Assembly: GCA_003569365.1 (NCBI GenBank)
Contig: BGOS01000009.1
Location: forward strand, 6,580 to 70,579
Direction: 5' to 3'
DNA: 64,000 nt
Origin: Anaerolineaceae bacterium
GTDB lineage: Bacteria; Chloroflexota; Anaerolineae; Anaerolineales; UBA11657
This document shows positions 63,204 to 64,000 of the stretch, piece by piece. Under the pieces are notes generated by a model, which did not search any database, was not told where the DNA came from, and saw only the letters and a list, made by a program, of their open reading frames with translations. Position numbers and translations under genes: made by a program. Position 1 is the first letter of the stretch. The number at the start of each line of letters is the position of its first letter.

Positions 63204-63781
63204 AGCAGTGCCTGGTCAAGCTGATGCTCCGTCAAAAATCAGCTCAAGACTGGCAATGCTACCACCAAGAGTTGGCATGCGTTGCAACGCGGGCAGCTTA
63301 AGACGGGGAACGTTGCGGCTGTGCAGGCTCGGGTTGGTCTTGGATGTGCCGAGCTGCGAGCTGCAGTAAACAAAATTTAGGGCGAGGATGGTTTTTGGAT
63401 GCGGTTGCCAGGGTACAGAACGCAGTGTGAGGATTGAAAAGATCTTTATTGCAATTGGATGTTCCGGAGGTACTTTTAGGGCTTTATGCCGTTGGCAAAA
63501 GCAAGGACAAACAAGCGCAGCGGGCGGTCAAATACTGGAACCGCCGTTCGCACGAAGCGCCAAGTCATTGATCACCGGCCGAAGTAATGTTCGCGGCGCA
63601 GCTGTATTGCTCCGCACGCGGTGAATCCGTTGCATTTGGAACTTGAGCCCACAGCGTGGCGCAGCTGCGGTACTGGCGCCGCAGCCCTAGTCGGCTAATG
63701 CAAACTCGGGAGTGCGCATTCACAACTACCCAGAAAGTAGCACGGGCTTGACTTGCCCATCAAATCTGTGCGGTTGACTGG

Positions 63782-64000
63782 CTATCCCATAGTAATAATG
63801 ACACAGCCTCTCTTTTCACCGGCTTCCAAATAGCGGTGTGCATCAGCGGTCTTGTCCAGTGGAAAGCGCCGGTCAATGATTGTTTTCAGCTCGCTGCTTT
63901 CGATCAGGGTTTTATGAAAAGCAGATCGTCCAATGTTTCGCCTGAAAGTGCGCAGATCACTTTTTTGATGCTGTTTCTGGTCAAGAGCATTTGCAAAAGC
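63782..64000 (-). CDS. C-terminal end of a zinc-type/MDR alcohol dehydrogenase or quinone reductase (5' part outside the window)
   Basis: The minus frame is open to the right edge. My translation is ...AFANALDQKQHQKKVICALSGETLDDLLFHKTLIESSELKTIIDRRFPLDKTADAHRYLEAGEKRGCVIITMG*, with the stop at 63782-63784. AT-richer than the bulk of the window. Confidence 0.6.
   Translation of the reverse strand, partial: AFANALDQKQHQKSDLRTFRRNIGRSAFHKTLIESSELKTIIDRRFPLDKTADAHRYLEAGEKRGCVIITMG

Noticed and set aside
63388-63624. 78-aa + ORF in the right-end non-coding stretch
   Set aside because: It has no SD, an odd composition and no recognisable motif. It is probably not a gene.

Overview
About 65% GC, gene-dense chromosomal segment with roughly 50 protein genes. 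I recognised no rRNA gene, intact tRNA gene, CRISPR array or IS/transposase. In this GC range the ORF track is full of long R/A/Q/H-rich antisense or off-frame shadow ORFs. I called genes only where the translated protein has real family motifs or a normal composition, and I trimmed many ORF-track starts.

Gene content, left to right:
- gltB 5' part, running off the left edge.
- A minus-strand chemosensory operon, cheA-cheW-mcp-cheR-cheB, ending in a receiver/class III adenylate cyclase fusion.
- A frameshifted MFS gene.
- A degenerate PyrD/PyrK-like pair, divergent from mutY. mutY is translationally coupled to a small Cys protein and an HExxH protein.
- A UMF1-type MFS transporter.
- Amidohydrolase, CoA-transferase and a dimethylglycine/sarcosine-dehydrogenase-like gene.
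- A low-GC single-gene islet (membrane domain plus SGNH hydrolase).
- A carotenoid-tailoring operon: cruF-like, plsY-family, GT2, crtI-family.
- A GT-C glycosyltransferase, a CIA30 lipoprotein and an Fe-ADH.
- A second low-GC islet with a frameshifted aminopeptidase-like gene, next to a tRNA-3'-half-like remnant.
- A complete pyr operon, pyrC-pyrB-pyrF::pyrE-pyrD, preceded by what looks like a promoter/leader-ORF/terminator attenuator.
- A 562-aa orphan protein, a mini LPXTG protein, a phosphohexomutase, xseAB, a divergent PAP2 gene and murJ.
- A cell-surface/envelope block: a LysM-CBM-FecR-Calx-beta protein, several membrane proteins, and an orphan SPPY methyltransferase coupled to a repeat-built membrane protein.
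- Two oxidoreductases, a second GT-C paralog, a FecR-like/fasciclin protein, glcD-like, a DUF2270-DUF2179-like fusion, and a low-GC right end.

The most system-like candidates are the Che-to-cAMP module, the pyr leader attenuator, the catalytically degenerate PyrD/PyrK-like pair, the PlsY-family gene inside the carotenoid glycoside operon, and the membrane-repeat/methyltransferase pair.

The LPXTG sorting signal, FAS1 domain, multiple GT-C enzymes and carotenoid glycoside genes suggest a Chloroflexota-like origin, but this is a low-confidence inference. Everything here was read by eye from the sequence. No database searches were run, so I cannot establish novelty.
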